From Minisyncoccota bacterium (lineage in GTDB: Bacteria > Patescibacteriota > Minisyncoccia > Phycocordibacterales > UBA9973), in assembly GCA_041666225.1 (NCBI GenBank), contig JBAYHJ010000001.1:1881-65880 (forward strand): DNA of 64,000 nucleotides. Reading direction: 5' to 3'. The notes under the pieces are model-generated. The model was not told the DNA's origin and did no database searches. It saw only the letters and a list, made by a program, of their open reading frames with translations. Shown here one piece after another: positions 17,589 to 26,161 of this stretch. The position numbers were made by a program, and so were the translations under genes. How positions within the stretch are numbered: the stretch's first letter is position 1; every line of letters starts with the position of its first letter.

Positions 17589-18554
17589 TTATTTCGTTTG
17601 AAGACGTACAAAAGTTTCCCTAGTAGCATCTTGTTGACCACCTGGGTGGTAAACCCAAACCAAAGTATCTTGAGTAATGATGATGTCGAAATTATTATAC
17701 TCATCAACCGTCAATATAGATCCCCGTAAAGTCCATGGACCTTCTTGAGTTCGATCCTCAGTTCCACAACGAATTTCTCCGTTGTCATATACCACTTTTT
17801 TGGGTGAAAAATAAAATGTCCTTAAATCATCTTTCCTGCAATCACTTATAGTTCCTTCATACCAAGGTAATCCGGGTCCATCCTGAAATTCCAACTTAAC
17901 CATTTTCCATGGTCCAGCACAGAGATATGCTTCATCCTGTGTTGGTGGAATTTGTTGTGCTACCACAACAGTGATACTTTCAGTGACTTCACCTCCAGGA
18001 CCTATAACTTTGAAGTCATAAGTCTTAGTTTCGGTAACGGTAAAATTAAACGTTACCGGTGAATTTTCATATTTTATACCATTGAGCTCAAGAGCCCCAT
18101 TGGTAAAAATACAATTTATCACAACTGGTCCTCCAAAGTAAGGAAGGGTATCAATCACTTGGTCATTAAAAGTAAACGAGATGTTGATTGTGGGAGGAAG
18201 AGGATTCGCAGGCACGGTCACCGTCAAATACTTCTGGCTTTTTACACCAGAAGCGTTCTCAACGATAAAGGTAAGGAGTTTAGTCTCACCTTTTTTCATT
18301 GAAAAAATAGTATCTCCGTTTGGGGTTCTAAGATTGTCCCCATTAACAGTTCCTTTAACCACATTTTGCGTGATCCAGGATACCGTTACCGAAACGGTTA
18401 CGCTTTTTGAATCGGTCGTGCCGATAACAAAAGTCGGAGTAATTGTCGGTTTACCCACCGACACGGGTGTTTCTGGCTTATCTTTTTCACATCCTACAAG
18501 CAGCAGGGAGAGAAAAAGACCCAAAAATGCGAGCATTCTCATCATCTTTTTCAT
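17589..18554 (-). CDS. secreted lipoprotein (lipobox LLVGC)
   Basis: 321 aa; signal peptide + Cys lipobox; beta-rich Thr/Val sequence. Confidence 0.7.
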   Translation of the reverse strand: MKKMMRMLAFLGLFLSLLLVGCEKDKPETPVSVGKPTITPTFVIGTTDSKSVTVSVTVSWITQNVVKGTVNGDNLRTPNGDTIFSMKKGETKLLTFIVENASGVKSQKYLTVTVPANPLPPTINISFTFNDQVIDTLPYFGGPVVINCIFTNGALELNGIKYENSPVTFNFTVTETKTYDFKVIGPGGEVTESITVVVAQQIPPTQDEAYLCAGPWKMVKLEFQDGPGLPWYEGTISDCRKDDLRTFYFSPKKVVYDNGEIRCGTEDRTQEGPWTLRGSILTVDEYNNFDIIITQDTLVWVYHPGGQQDATRETFVRLQTK

Positions 18555-18754
18555 GATTTATTTAGTGAATATTTGGATTATTTATTTTTGATAAGATTCG
18601 TTTAAGTTTCTCCCGACAAATTCCTCATCTCTGGAAGTCCGACTTTCTTAATTTTCTATAAACCAACTTAATCAATTTAATGAAGTCTGACTTCCTTAAA
18701 TTTTGAATAAATAGGCTTTTTATCAAGAAAAACTTAAACAAATCCAAACAATTA

Positions 18755-18798
18755 TTATTTACCTAATTATCTAATTAATAAAGCTTCGTGTCAAGGAT
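18755..18798 (-). promoter_or_regulatory. candidate sigma70 promoter for the lipoprotein gene (minus strand ttgaca-N17-gataat)
   Basis: sequence; leaves a ~200-nt leader containing degenerate REP2 half-sites. Confidence 0.35.
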
Positions 18799-18872
18799 TT
18801 TCACTCCATTTATCCACTTTTTATCCCCAGTCCCAAATACCCCCAAAACCCATTAATCCCAAGCCTCCAAAT

Positions 18873-18896
18873 TGTTGGAAGTCGGACTTCCAACAT
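18873..18896. repeat. REP2 palindrome tgttggaagtcggacttccaaca
   Basis: copies at 19529..19557, 19773..19800, 58654..58680, 61013..61035; degenerate half-copies at 18632-18650 and 18683-18700. Confidence 0.8.
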
Positions 18897-18900
18897 TTTG

Positions 18901-18996
18901 TTAACTTCCAACTTAACTTCCAACTTAACTTCCAACTTAACTTCCAACTTAACTTCCAACTTAACTTCCAACTTAACTTCCAACTTAACTTCCAAC
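18901..18996. repeat. tandem repeat, 12-nt unit ttaacttccaac x8 (derived from REP2 half-site)
   Basis: perfect 8 tandem units; produces the spurious EVKL-repeat ORF 18810..18995. Confidence 0.9.
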
Positions 18997-19024
18997 CTTT
19001 AACTTTCCATTTATTTATTCTTAT

Positions 19025-19798
19025 TTATTCTAATGTAGTCCCTGATAAATTATCAATATTAAACGATTCAATCCAGTCGGAAATTTGTTTATACTGTTTA
19101 TCTTCATCTCCAAATAATTCAATCAAAAAATCTTTTTTAATTATCGAGGGAAAATTTTTCTTTCCAATATAATCAAGCAAACTACTCCACCTATAATTCA
19201 AAAGGAATTCTAAAGCTTTTTCAGGGTCAGAAATCTTGCCGTTTCGCCATTCTTTAAATTCAAAGTCGAGTGGATTTAAATGAATATATATAGGGAGGTA
19301 CATAAAGTGTGCATCATTTTCTATGTGAATTGATTTAAATTTGCCCTGGAAAAGCGCTCCGTTTCTTTTGTACTTTTGATTAAAATAATTCGTATAACCA
19401 GTTCCAAGCTTTCTCATAAAATTCGTAATTCCATTTTCTTCTTTTTGTCTAATGAGCATATGAAAATGATTGTCCATCAAACAATAAGCCAAAATCTCCA
19501 CAATCGGCTCTTTCCTCTTGTTTTTTATAATTGTTGGAAGTCCGACTTCCAACAATTTGCTTTGACTTTGGTGACGAGAGATTAAATTATTAATATTAAT
19601 TGAAGGATTTTTATCATTAAATTCATACATATCATGAATAAATCTAAAATTATCTCTTTCATTAATAAAAATATTCCTTTTATCTACCCCTCTGTTGTAA
19701 ATATGATAAATCTCATTTGTGGCAAATTTTGATTTTCTAATTGACATATAACTATTATAACAAATTAAATAAATTGTTGGAAGTCGGACTTCCAACAA
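19025..19798 (-). CDS. REP-associated tyrosine transposase (RAYT), copy 2; probable true start MSIRKSKF at ~19744
   Basis: IYHIYNRGVDKRNIF, HuH CLMDNHFHMLI, C-terminal YRWSSLLDY; REP2 palindrome in-frame at 19529..19557 (LEVGLPTI) and another at the 5' end. Confidence 0.75.
   Translation of the reverse strand: MLEVRLPTIYLICYNSYMSIRKSKFATNEIYHIYNRGVDKRNIFINERDNFRFIHDMYEFNDKNPSININNLISRHQSQSKLLEVGLPTIIKNKRKEPIVEILAYCLMDNHFHMLIRQKEENGITNFMRKLGTGYTNYFNQKYKRNGALFQGKFKSIHIENDAHFMYLPIYIHLNPLDFEFKEWRNGKISDPEKALEFLLNYRWSSLLDYIGKKNFPSIIKKDFLIELFGDEDKQYKQISDWIESFNIDNLSGTTLE
19529..19557. repeat. REP2 palindrome inside RAYT-2 coding sequence
   Basis: aattgttggaagtccgacttccaacaatt. Confidence 0.8.
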
Positions 19799-19800
19799 TT
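19773..19800. repeat. REP2 palindrome at RAYT-2 5' end
   Basis: sequence. Confidence 0.8.
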
Positions 19801-19979
19801 GACTTTTTGGGGTGATTATAATAACATTTGTGAGTAGTAAGTCCGTTCTCGAACCGGGCTTTTATTTTTAGAAAACCATGAAAATGGCTCCTGAAAAAAA
19901 TTTAATAGTTAGTAAAATTTAATAAAAACAATTTTTAATTTTAATAATTTATTTTAATTAATAATTCGTAATAATTCAT

Positions 19980-21170
19980 ATGTTGGATTTAAAAACAATG
20001 AAGTCTGCTCTAGAGCAACTCGAGCAGGAACGCAAAATACCGCGTGAAAAAATTATAGATGCTATCGAGCAAGCACTCGCAGCCGCTTATAAAAAAGACT
20101 ACGGTAAAAAAGGTCAAATTATTCGTGCAAAGATAGATATCGAATCTGGTGTAATGGAATTTCATCAAATCAAAATCGTCGTCGATGATTCGCTTGTCAG
20201 AATGACGCAAGAAGACGATGAAGATGAGGAAGAAATCGCAGAAGACGATGAGAGAGTTCGCTTCAACGAAGAACATCATATCCTAATTGAGGATGCTAAA
20301 AAAATAAAAAGTGATGTTGTGCCGGGTGAAGAATTAATCTTCCCTCTTGAGAATAAAGATGACTATGGACGCATCGCCGCACAAACAGCAAAACAAGTTA
20401 TTATTCAAAAAATCCGCGAAGCAGAACGTGGTGCTATTATCGACGAGTATGGAAGTAAAGAAGGAGAAATCATAAATGGTTTCGTTTCAAAAATGGAACG
20501 TGGAATTGTTTATATTGATTTCAATCGTGCCACTGGAATAATTTTACCCGAAGAACAAATCCCTGGAGAATTTTATCGCCGAGGAGAAAGAATTCGTGCT
20601 TATCTTTATTCTGTTGAAGAAACTCCTCGTGGAGTAAATCTAAAACTTTCCCGCACTCATCCTGAATTAATCGAAGGATTATTTGCAATGGAGGCTCCTG
20701 AAATCGCATCCGGTGTAGTTGAGATAAAATCGATCGCTCGTGAAGCCGGAAGTCGTTCAAAGATTGCCGTATTTTCAAATGACGAACATGTAGACCCTGT
20801 TGGATCATGTGTTGGTCAAAAAGGAGTTCGTGTCACTACTGTCATGAGTGAACTAAACGGTGAAAAGATCGATATTATTCCTTGGTCTCCTGATCCTGAA
20901 ACTTACATTGCAAGTGCAATCTCACCAGCCAATGTTTTAAAAATCGAAGTAAACGAGTCTGAACATAAAGCAATTCTCGAAGTTGCAAACGATCAGCTCT
21001 CTCTTGCAATCGGAAAAGGTGGACAAAATGTTCGTCTTGCTGCCAAGCTTACAGGTTGGAGAATTGATATTAAAAGTGTAGAAGCAAAGGGTGATGAACC
21101 TAGAGAAGTAATCGGTAGTGATGATATACTAGATGTAGATGATGGTATCGTTGATGACGGTACAAATTAG
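19980..21170 (+). CDS. nusA: transcription termination/antitermination factor NusA
   Basis: 396 aa; NusA N-domain, S1 and two KH domains (GSCVGQKGVRV, IGKGGQNVRLAAKLTGWRIDI). Confidence 0.9.
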   Translation: MLDLKTMKSALEQLEQERKIPREKIIDAIEQALAAAYKKDYGKKGQIIRAKIDIESGVMEFHQIKIVVDDSLVRMTQEDDEDEEEIAEDDERVRFNEEHHILIEDAKKIKSDVVPGEELIFPLENKDDYGRIAAQTAKQVIIQKIREAERGAIIDEYGSKEGEIINGFVSKMERGIVYIDFNRATGIILPEEQIPGEFYRRGERIRAYLYSVEETPRGVNLKLSRTHPELIEGLFAMEAPEIASGVVEIKSIAREAGSRSKIAVFSNDEHVDPVGSCVGQKGVRVTTVMSELNGEKIDIIPWSPDPETYIASAISPANVLKIEVNESEHKAILEVANDQLSLAIGKGGQNVRLAAKLTGWRIDIKSVEAKGDEPREVIGSDDILDVDDGIVDDGTN

Positions 21171-21281
21171 TTTATAGGTTCTAGTTGCTAGTGATTAGTA
21201 AGTAGAACAAAAAAGGTCATTTTATTAAAAATTTATTAGAAATAATTCTACTAGCCCCTAGTCACTAGGTACTAGTAACTC

Positions 21282-23300
21282 ATGCATATGAATCCATTTA
21301 TTATTTTTGCTCTTGTTTCTTCAGTTATCGCAATATTATATGGTTTACTTTTAATCAAAGTTGTTCTTAAAAAAGGTACTGGTGATGCTAAAATGCAAGC
21401 TATTGCAAAAGCAATCCAAGAAGGTGCAAGTGCATATTTAAATCGCCAATACAAAACTATTGGAATTATCGCGATCGTTCTATTCTTAATAATCGGTCTA
21501 GTGCCAATGCTCGGCTGGATGATGGCAATCAGTTTTATTTTTGGAGCTATTTTATCAGCAGTTGCAGGATACATCGGCATGAACGTTTCCGTTCGTGCAA
21601 ATGTCCGCACCACAGAAGAAGCAAAGAAAGGTTTGAAGGAAGCTCTGTCACTTGCTTTCAAAGGCGGAACAGTTACAGGACTTTTGGTTGTTGGTTTAGC
21701 CTTGCTTGGAGTTACTGTTTTCTACATGATTACCGGGGATGTGAAGTCTCTTATTGGTTTATCATTCGGAGCAAGTTTGATTTCAGTTTTCGCTCGACTA
21801 GGCGGTGGAATATTTACAAAAGCTGCGGACGTCGGTGCTGACCTTGTCGGCAAAGTTGAGGCTGGAATTCCAGAAGATGATCCTCGTAATCCTGCTGTTA
21901 TCGCTGATAATGTTGGAGACAATGTTGGAGACTGTGCTGGTATGGCCGCTGACTTATTTGAAACATATGCTGTGACTTCTGTTGCAACAATGCTTCTAGG
22001 CTCTCTCATGTTTGCTGGTTTTGGAAATGCAATTATCTACCCGCTCGCTATTGGTGGAGTTGCAATAATTTCTTCAATCATCGGTACATGGTTTGTAACA
22101 CTTGGAAAAAATAAAAATATCATGGGTGCTTTGTACAAAGGATTAATCGCTGCAGGAATTCTTTCTGCTATTAGTTTCTACCCTATTACAAAATGGCTTA
22201 TGGCTGACAATGGACTCTACTCAGTTGGAGCATTATATGTAAGTGCTTTAGTTGGTATATTTGTTACAGCTTTAATAATAGTTATAACAGAGTACTACAC
22301 TTCAACAGCTTACAATCCTGTGAAATCAATTGCGCAAGCAAGTCTCTCAGGTCACGGTACAAACGTGATTCAAGGACTTGCTGTTTCGATGAAATCTACT
22401 GCTTTCCCATTACTTACAATCGTGGCTGGTATTTTAGTCTCTTATCATTTTGCTGGTTTGTATGGAATAGCAATCGCAGCGATGTCCATGCTTTCTCTTA
22501 CCGGAATCATCGTCGCTATCGATTCATTTGGCCCTATCACTGACAATGCTGGTGGTATTGCTGAGATGGCAGGACTTCCAGATTCTGTCCGCGCAGTTAC
22601 TGACCCACTAGATGCTGTTGGAAATACAACAAAGGCGGTGACAAAAGGTTACGCTATCGGTTCAGCTGGACTTGCAGCTCTTGTACTCTTTGCTTCATAC
22701 ACACAAGAATTTGCAAACCTAGGACATTCTCTAACTTTTGATTTAAGTAATCCTAAAGTTATCGCAGGTCTACTTATAGGAGGATTACTTCCTTACTACT
22801 TCAGTGCTCTATGTATGGAAGCCGTAGGGAAAGCTGCCGGAAAAGTTGTTGAAGAAGTTCGCCGACAATTCAGAGAAATTAAAGGTATCATGGACGGAAC
22901 AGGTAAACCTGATTACGCTACTTGTGTAGATATCGTTACAACTGGTGCTCTTAAACAAATGATTCTTCCAGCTGTTATTGCCGTTCTCTCTCCAATCCTA
23001 GTTGGATTTATTTTAGGCCCTGAAGCTCTTGGTGGTTTACTTGTCGGTTCAATCATCACAGGGATATTCCTCGCAATCTCAATGACTTCCGGTGGTGGAG
23101 CATGGGACAATGCTAAGAAATATATTGAACTTGGAAACTTTGGTGGTAAAGGTAGTGACGCTCACAAGGCAGCCGTCACAGGAGATACTGTCGGAGACCC
23201 CTATAAAGACACAGCCGGCCCAGCCATCAACCCAATGATTAAAATCCTAAATATCATTGCTTTGATTCTGGTTCCAATTCTCGTTTCCTTTTGGTTTTAA
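21282..23300 (+). CDS. hppA: membrane-bound H+/Na+-translocating pyrophosphatase
   Basis: 672 aa; multi-TM; motifs [62 protein letters not shown]. Confidence 0.92.
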   Translation: MHMNPFIIFALVSSVIAILYGLLLIKVVLKKGTGDAKMQAIAKAIQEGASAYLNRQYKTIGIIAIVLFLIIGLVPMLGWMMAISFIFGAILSAVAGYIGMNVSVRANVRTTEEAKKGLKEALSLAFKGGTVTGLLVVGLALLGVTVFYMITGDVKSLIGLSFGASLISVFARLGGGIFTKAADVGADLVGKVEAGIPEDDPRNPAVIADNVGDNVGDCAGMAADLFETYAVTSVATMLLGSLMFAGFGNAIIYPLAIGGVAIISSIIGTWFVTLGKNKNIMGALYKGLIAAGILSAISFYPITKWLMADNGLYSVGALYVSALVGIFVTALIIVITEYYTSTAYNPVKSIAQASLSGHGTNVIQGLAVSMKSTAFPLLTIVAGILVSYHFAGLYGIAIAAMSMLSLTGIIVAIDSFGPITDNAGGIAEMAGLPDSVRAVTDPLDAVGNTTKAVTKGYAIGSAGLAALVLFASYTQEFANLGHSLTFDLSNPKVIAGLLIGGLLPYYFSALCMEAVGKAAGKVVEEVRRQFREIKGIMDGTGKPDYATCVDIVTTGALKQMILPAVIAVLSPILVGFILGPEALGGLLVGSIITGIFLAISMTSGGGAWDNAKKYIELGNFGGKGSDAHKAAVTGDTVGDPYKDTAGPAINPMIKILNIIALILVPILVSFWF

Positions 23301-23329
23301 TTAATTTAAAAATTAATTAAATAGATAAT

Positions 23330-23380
23330 AAAAAATCCCCCGCCAACATCTTATGAAGTTGTGGCGGGGGATTTTTTAAT
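23330..23380. terminator. hairpin aaaaaatcccccgcc...ggcgggggatttttt after hppA
   Basis: sequence. Confidence 0.7.
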
Positions 23381-23400
23381 TTACTTTTCTATTCTAATAA

Positions 23401-23802
23401 TTAACCTTTCTTATTCATAAATTTATATACTATATCAATTTGTTCTCTTAACTTTTTACCTTCTTCTGGATTCATTATTTCAGCTGCTCTCACAAAAATT
23501 TCCATATTCTTATATTGAGATATCCACTCCCTATTATTCAAGAGATGATCCTTCACGGATCCAGGTTGTCCTGAGCCGGCTTTTCCTTCTAATATTTCTT
23601 TGGAATTATAAAACAACTTTGTTTTATAACTATTAAAATTACGTTCATAAAGTCTTGAATCTTTTTTATAAACCTCAATCATATTTAAGGTTTCTTTTTC
23701 TGCATTATCCATTATTTCTAAATACGCAGGACTAACATCATTACTCTCCTCTTTTTTACTATCACCCTCATTGTTATTTTGAACTTTATCAAATTGTCCC
23801 AT
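23401..23802 (-). CDS. hypothetical acidic protein
   Basis: 133 aa; immediately downstream of poly-G promoter 23865..23895. Confidence 0.5.
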   Translation of the reverse strand: MGQFDKVQNNNEGDSKKEESNDVSPAYLEIMDNAEKETLNMIEVYKKDSRLYERNFNSYKTKLFYNSKEILEGKAGSGQPGSVKDHLLNNREWISQYKNMEIFVRAAEIMNPEEGKKLREQIDIVYKFMNKKG

Positions 23803-23864
23803 AAATTTTATATTTTAATCCGCCTCAGCAGATAAGTTAATAATGCAAACTTTCTAATACCCTC

Positions 23865-23895
23865 ATTCTACCCCCCCCCTCATATGAGGTGTCAA
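23865..23895 (-). promoter_or_regulatory. putative poly-G spacer promoter (minus strand ttgaca-N19 incl. G9-tagaat)
   Basis: C9 at 23871..23879; ~90-nt block 23803..23895 is ~90% identical to 25402..25494. Confidence 0.5.
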
Positions 23896-23979
23896 GGAAA
23901 ATGTAATGCTTGACAATAATATAGCAATTTTGCTATATTAGTAATAAGTGGTATTTTATGTTGTGATATAATAATATTA

Positions 23980-24285
23980 ATGAATAAATTCAAGGTATTA
24001 TTTATAAATGAAGTTAGAAATTTTATTAATTCGCTTCCAGATGAAGATAAAGGTAAAATCAACTGTGATTCAAATGCTATGGAATTAGGTAATTTTGATT
24101 CCTTATACATCAAAACACTTAGTACTCCTATCAAGGAATTAATTATTAAAAAATACAGACTAATCTTTTTTATAAATAAAAATGAAATCTGGTTTATAGG
24201 AGCATTTATAAAGAAAACTTCCAAAACTCCAAAAAATGAAATAGAAAATGCTAAAAAGTTATACAAAGAAATTATTAATTTATAA
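23980..24285 (+). CDS. HigB/Gp49-like (RelE/ParE superfamily) toxin
   Basis: 101 aa; C-terminal IWFIGAFIKKTSKTPKNEIENAKKLYKEI typical of Gp49/HigB family; plus-strand promoter ttgaca-N18-tatatt at 23914-23943. Confidence 0.6.
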   Translation: MNKFKVLFINEVRNFINSLPDEDKGKINCDSNAMELGNFDSLYIKTLSTPIKELIIKKYRLIFFINKNEIWFIGAFIKKTSKTPKNEIENAKKLYKEIINL

Positions 24286-24295
24286 CAAAAAATAT

Positions 24296-24601
24296 ATGAA
24301 AACAATTAAAACAAAAAATGGTAAAACTTTAAAGTTTTATACTGCAGATGAAGTATTTAAAAAAGATTCAAAATCTAAAGTTTTTGTTGAGGCTTATAAC
24401 GAAGAACTTATTCGGTTAAATCTCGTAGGTGAAATTAAAAAGTTACGACTTGCAAAAAAATATACTCAGAAAGACCTCGCCCAAAAAGCACAAATGCCTC
24501 AATCTGTAATAGCCCGAATAGAGAGTGGAGAACATAGTTTCTCTCTTGGTACTCTTAGCCGTATCGCAAAAGTATTCAAAAAAGAAATACAATTAGTCTA
24601 A
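24296..24601 (+). CDS. XRE-family HTH antitoxin (HigA-like)
   Basis: [33 protein letters not shown]; overlaps/abuts toxin gene. Confidence 0.6.
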   Translation: MKTIKTKNGKTLKFYTADEVFKKDSKSKVFVEAYNEELIRLNLVGEIKKLRLAKKYTQKDLAQKAQMPQSVIARIESGEHSFSLGTLSRIAKVFKKEIQLV

Positions 24602-24611
24602 AATAAAATTC

Positions 24612-24632
24612 CACCGAAGCAAGGCTTCGGTA
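24612..24632. repeat. REP1 palindrome (copy d) abutting the hppA 3' fragment
   Basis: caccgaagcaaggcttcggta. Confidence 0.8.
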
Positions 24633-24635
24633 AAT

Positions 24636-24737
24636 TACAAAGATACCGCAGGACCCGCAATCAATCCAATGATTAAAATATTAAATATCATTGCTCTCAT
24701 TATCGTTCCGATCTTGGTTGCAATTTGGTTTAAATAA
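24636..24737 (+). pseudogene. orphan diverged copy of hppA 3' end (encodes [33 protein letters not shown])
   Basis: ~78% nt identity to 23193..23300, differences mostly synonymous; followed by hairpin terminator 24758..24796. Confidence 0.75.
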
Positions 24738-24757
24738 AATCTAATCGAATTATCAAC

Positions 24758-24796
24758 ATTAAAAAATCCCTCACTCGAGGGATTTTTTAATGTGGG
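24758..24796. terminator. hairpin aaaaaatccctcactcgagggatttttt
   Basis: sequence. Confidence 0.65.
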
Positions 24797-24798
24797 TT

Positions 24799-25401
24799 TT
24801 ATTTTTCCCCATGGGGAAGTTCTTCAATTGCCTGAGGTCCATCCCAAGCAAAATGCAGATATTTATTTTCTATTTTTTCTTTTAGGGCAAAAGATAAATA
24901 CAAGTTAAACCCTTTTTTGACTGAATCTTGTTCAATTCTTTCTTCTCTATTTTGAATAGAAGTAGAAATATTTTCTGGCCTCTGATTTTGACTCAAATTA
25001 TAAAGAACTGCCTTATCTACATCAGCAACAAAATTAATTTTTTCTAGTTCTTCTTTACTCAACTGATTAACGAATTCTTTAACTATTTTTGGATCTTTTA
25101 TAATTAGAGATTGATATCGACCTCCATTTTTTACATCATTTTCCCAACTTTTATCTTCTTTGTTTACAGGAAATTCTTCTAGAAAAAGATTTTTAAGACT
25201 TTCGACTTTTTCATCTGGAACATAAGAAACTTCTCTGTCTATAAAATCTGCATCTTCATCATTACCGTGATAATCCACAGGTAAAAACCAAGTGTATTTA
25301 TAATTTTCAATTAAATCACTAACCACTTTTCTTATTTTTTGTTTTTCGACAGTATTTTCATCTTTTTTTACTGCTTCGTTTTTATTTAATCCTTCATTCA
25401 T
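24799..25401 (-). CDS. hypothetical acidic protein
   Basis: 200 aa; preceded by poly-G promoter 25464..25494. Confidence 0.5.
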   Translation of the reverse strand: MNEGLNKNEAVKKDENTVEKQKIRKVVSDLIENYKYTWFLPVDYHGNDEDADFIDREVSYVPDEKVESLKNLFLEEFPVNKEDKSWENDVKNGGRYQSLIIKDPKIVKEFVNQLSKEELEKINFVADVDKAVLYNLSQNQRPENISTSIQNREERIEQDSVKKGFNLYLSFALKEKIENKYLHFAWDGPQAIEELPHGEK

Positions 25402-25463
25402 AAATTTTATATTTTAATCTGCCTCAACAGATAGTTAATAATGCAAACTTTTCTAATACCCTC

Positions 25464-25494
25464 ATTCTACCCCCCCCCTCATATAACCTGTCAA
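25464..25494 (-). promoter_or_regulatory. putative poly-G spacer promoter (ttgaca-N19 incl. G9-tagaat), paralog of 23865..23895
   Basis: C9 at 25470..25478. Confidence 0.5.
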
Positions 25495-25574
25495 TACAAC
25501 CCCTTAAAACCATATTTACTTTTAACCCAGCGTGCGCTATAGCGTAATATGAGTTAGGATGATATAATCTAATT

Positions 25575-26057
25575 ATGTCTATAAAGAATGAAATACTGGA
25601 AATATTAAAAACCCCTAAATTCTATTATAAAGGTATTCCTATGAATGCTTTTTTCCTCCCAGCTTTTCAAAATTATAAAAAACAATCAATTAGAAATAAA
25701 TTTTCCTCACTATATGATGATGGGTATTTGGATAAAAAGAATGGGCATTATTTTCTAAATAAAAAAGGGAAAGAATTTTTAGAAAAATCACCTAAATTAC
25801 AATTAAAAATATTCGAGCCAATAAAAAATAATGGTCCAAAAAATTTACTTTTACTTTATGACATTCCCGAGAGTATGAAAAAGGAACGTGATTGGTTTCG
25901 TAGGACATTAATCAAATTTAGTTTCATTATGATTCAAAGGAGTGTCTGGGTTGGTCCATCTCCTCTTCCTAAAGAATTCTTAGATTATGTAAAATCAATT
26001 GGTTTAAAAAATTCAATTAAAACATTCAAATTAGAAAAGGGATTGGTGAATAATTGA
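25575..26057 (+). CDS. hypothetical protein with C-terminal Cas2/PaaX_C-like segment
   Basis: 160 aa; LLLLYDIPESMKKERDWFRRTLIKFSFIMIQRSVWVG resembles Cas2 / PaaX C-domain pattern; -10 gatataat at 25552-25559; 36-nt palindrome terminator 26062..26097. Confidence 0.45.
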   Translation: MSIKNEILEILKTPKFYYKGIPMNAFFLPAFQNYKKQSIRNKFSSLYDDGYLDKKNGHYFLNKKGKEFLEKSPKLQLKIFEPIKNNGPKNLLLLYDIPESMKKERDWFRRTLIKFSFIMIQRSVWVGPSPLPKEFLDYVKSIGLKNSIKTFKLEKGLVNN

Positions 26058-26161
26058 TTTTAACTCACTATGCGCGATAGCATACAGTGAGTTAAAATCA
26101 ATTTAGTGATAATTATTTAAGGTTTGAAAATATATTAATTTTAGTATAAGATGTAAAAACT

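Noticed and set aside
13349-18554. Diversity-generating retroelement (common in CPR) targeting the surface protein or lipoprotein
   Set aside because: There is no reverse transcriptase gene and no non-coding template repeat matching a gene 3' end in the window.
18810-18995. 61-aa ORF encoding EVKL repeats
   Set aside because: It is a translation artefact of the 12-nt tandem array.
18901-18996. Possible CRISPR array (regular short repeats)
   Set aside because: It is a perfect head-to-tail 12-nt tandem repeat with no spacers, derived from the REP2 half-site. No cas genes are present.
25527-26097. Inverted repeats flanking the Cas2/PaaX_C-like gene as a mobile-element boundary
   Set aside because: The left sequence contains a good -10 (gatataat) and the right is a self-contained palindrome, so they are more simply a promoter and a terminator.
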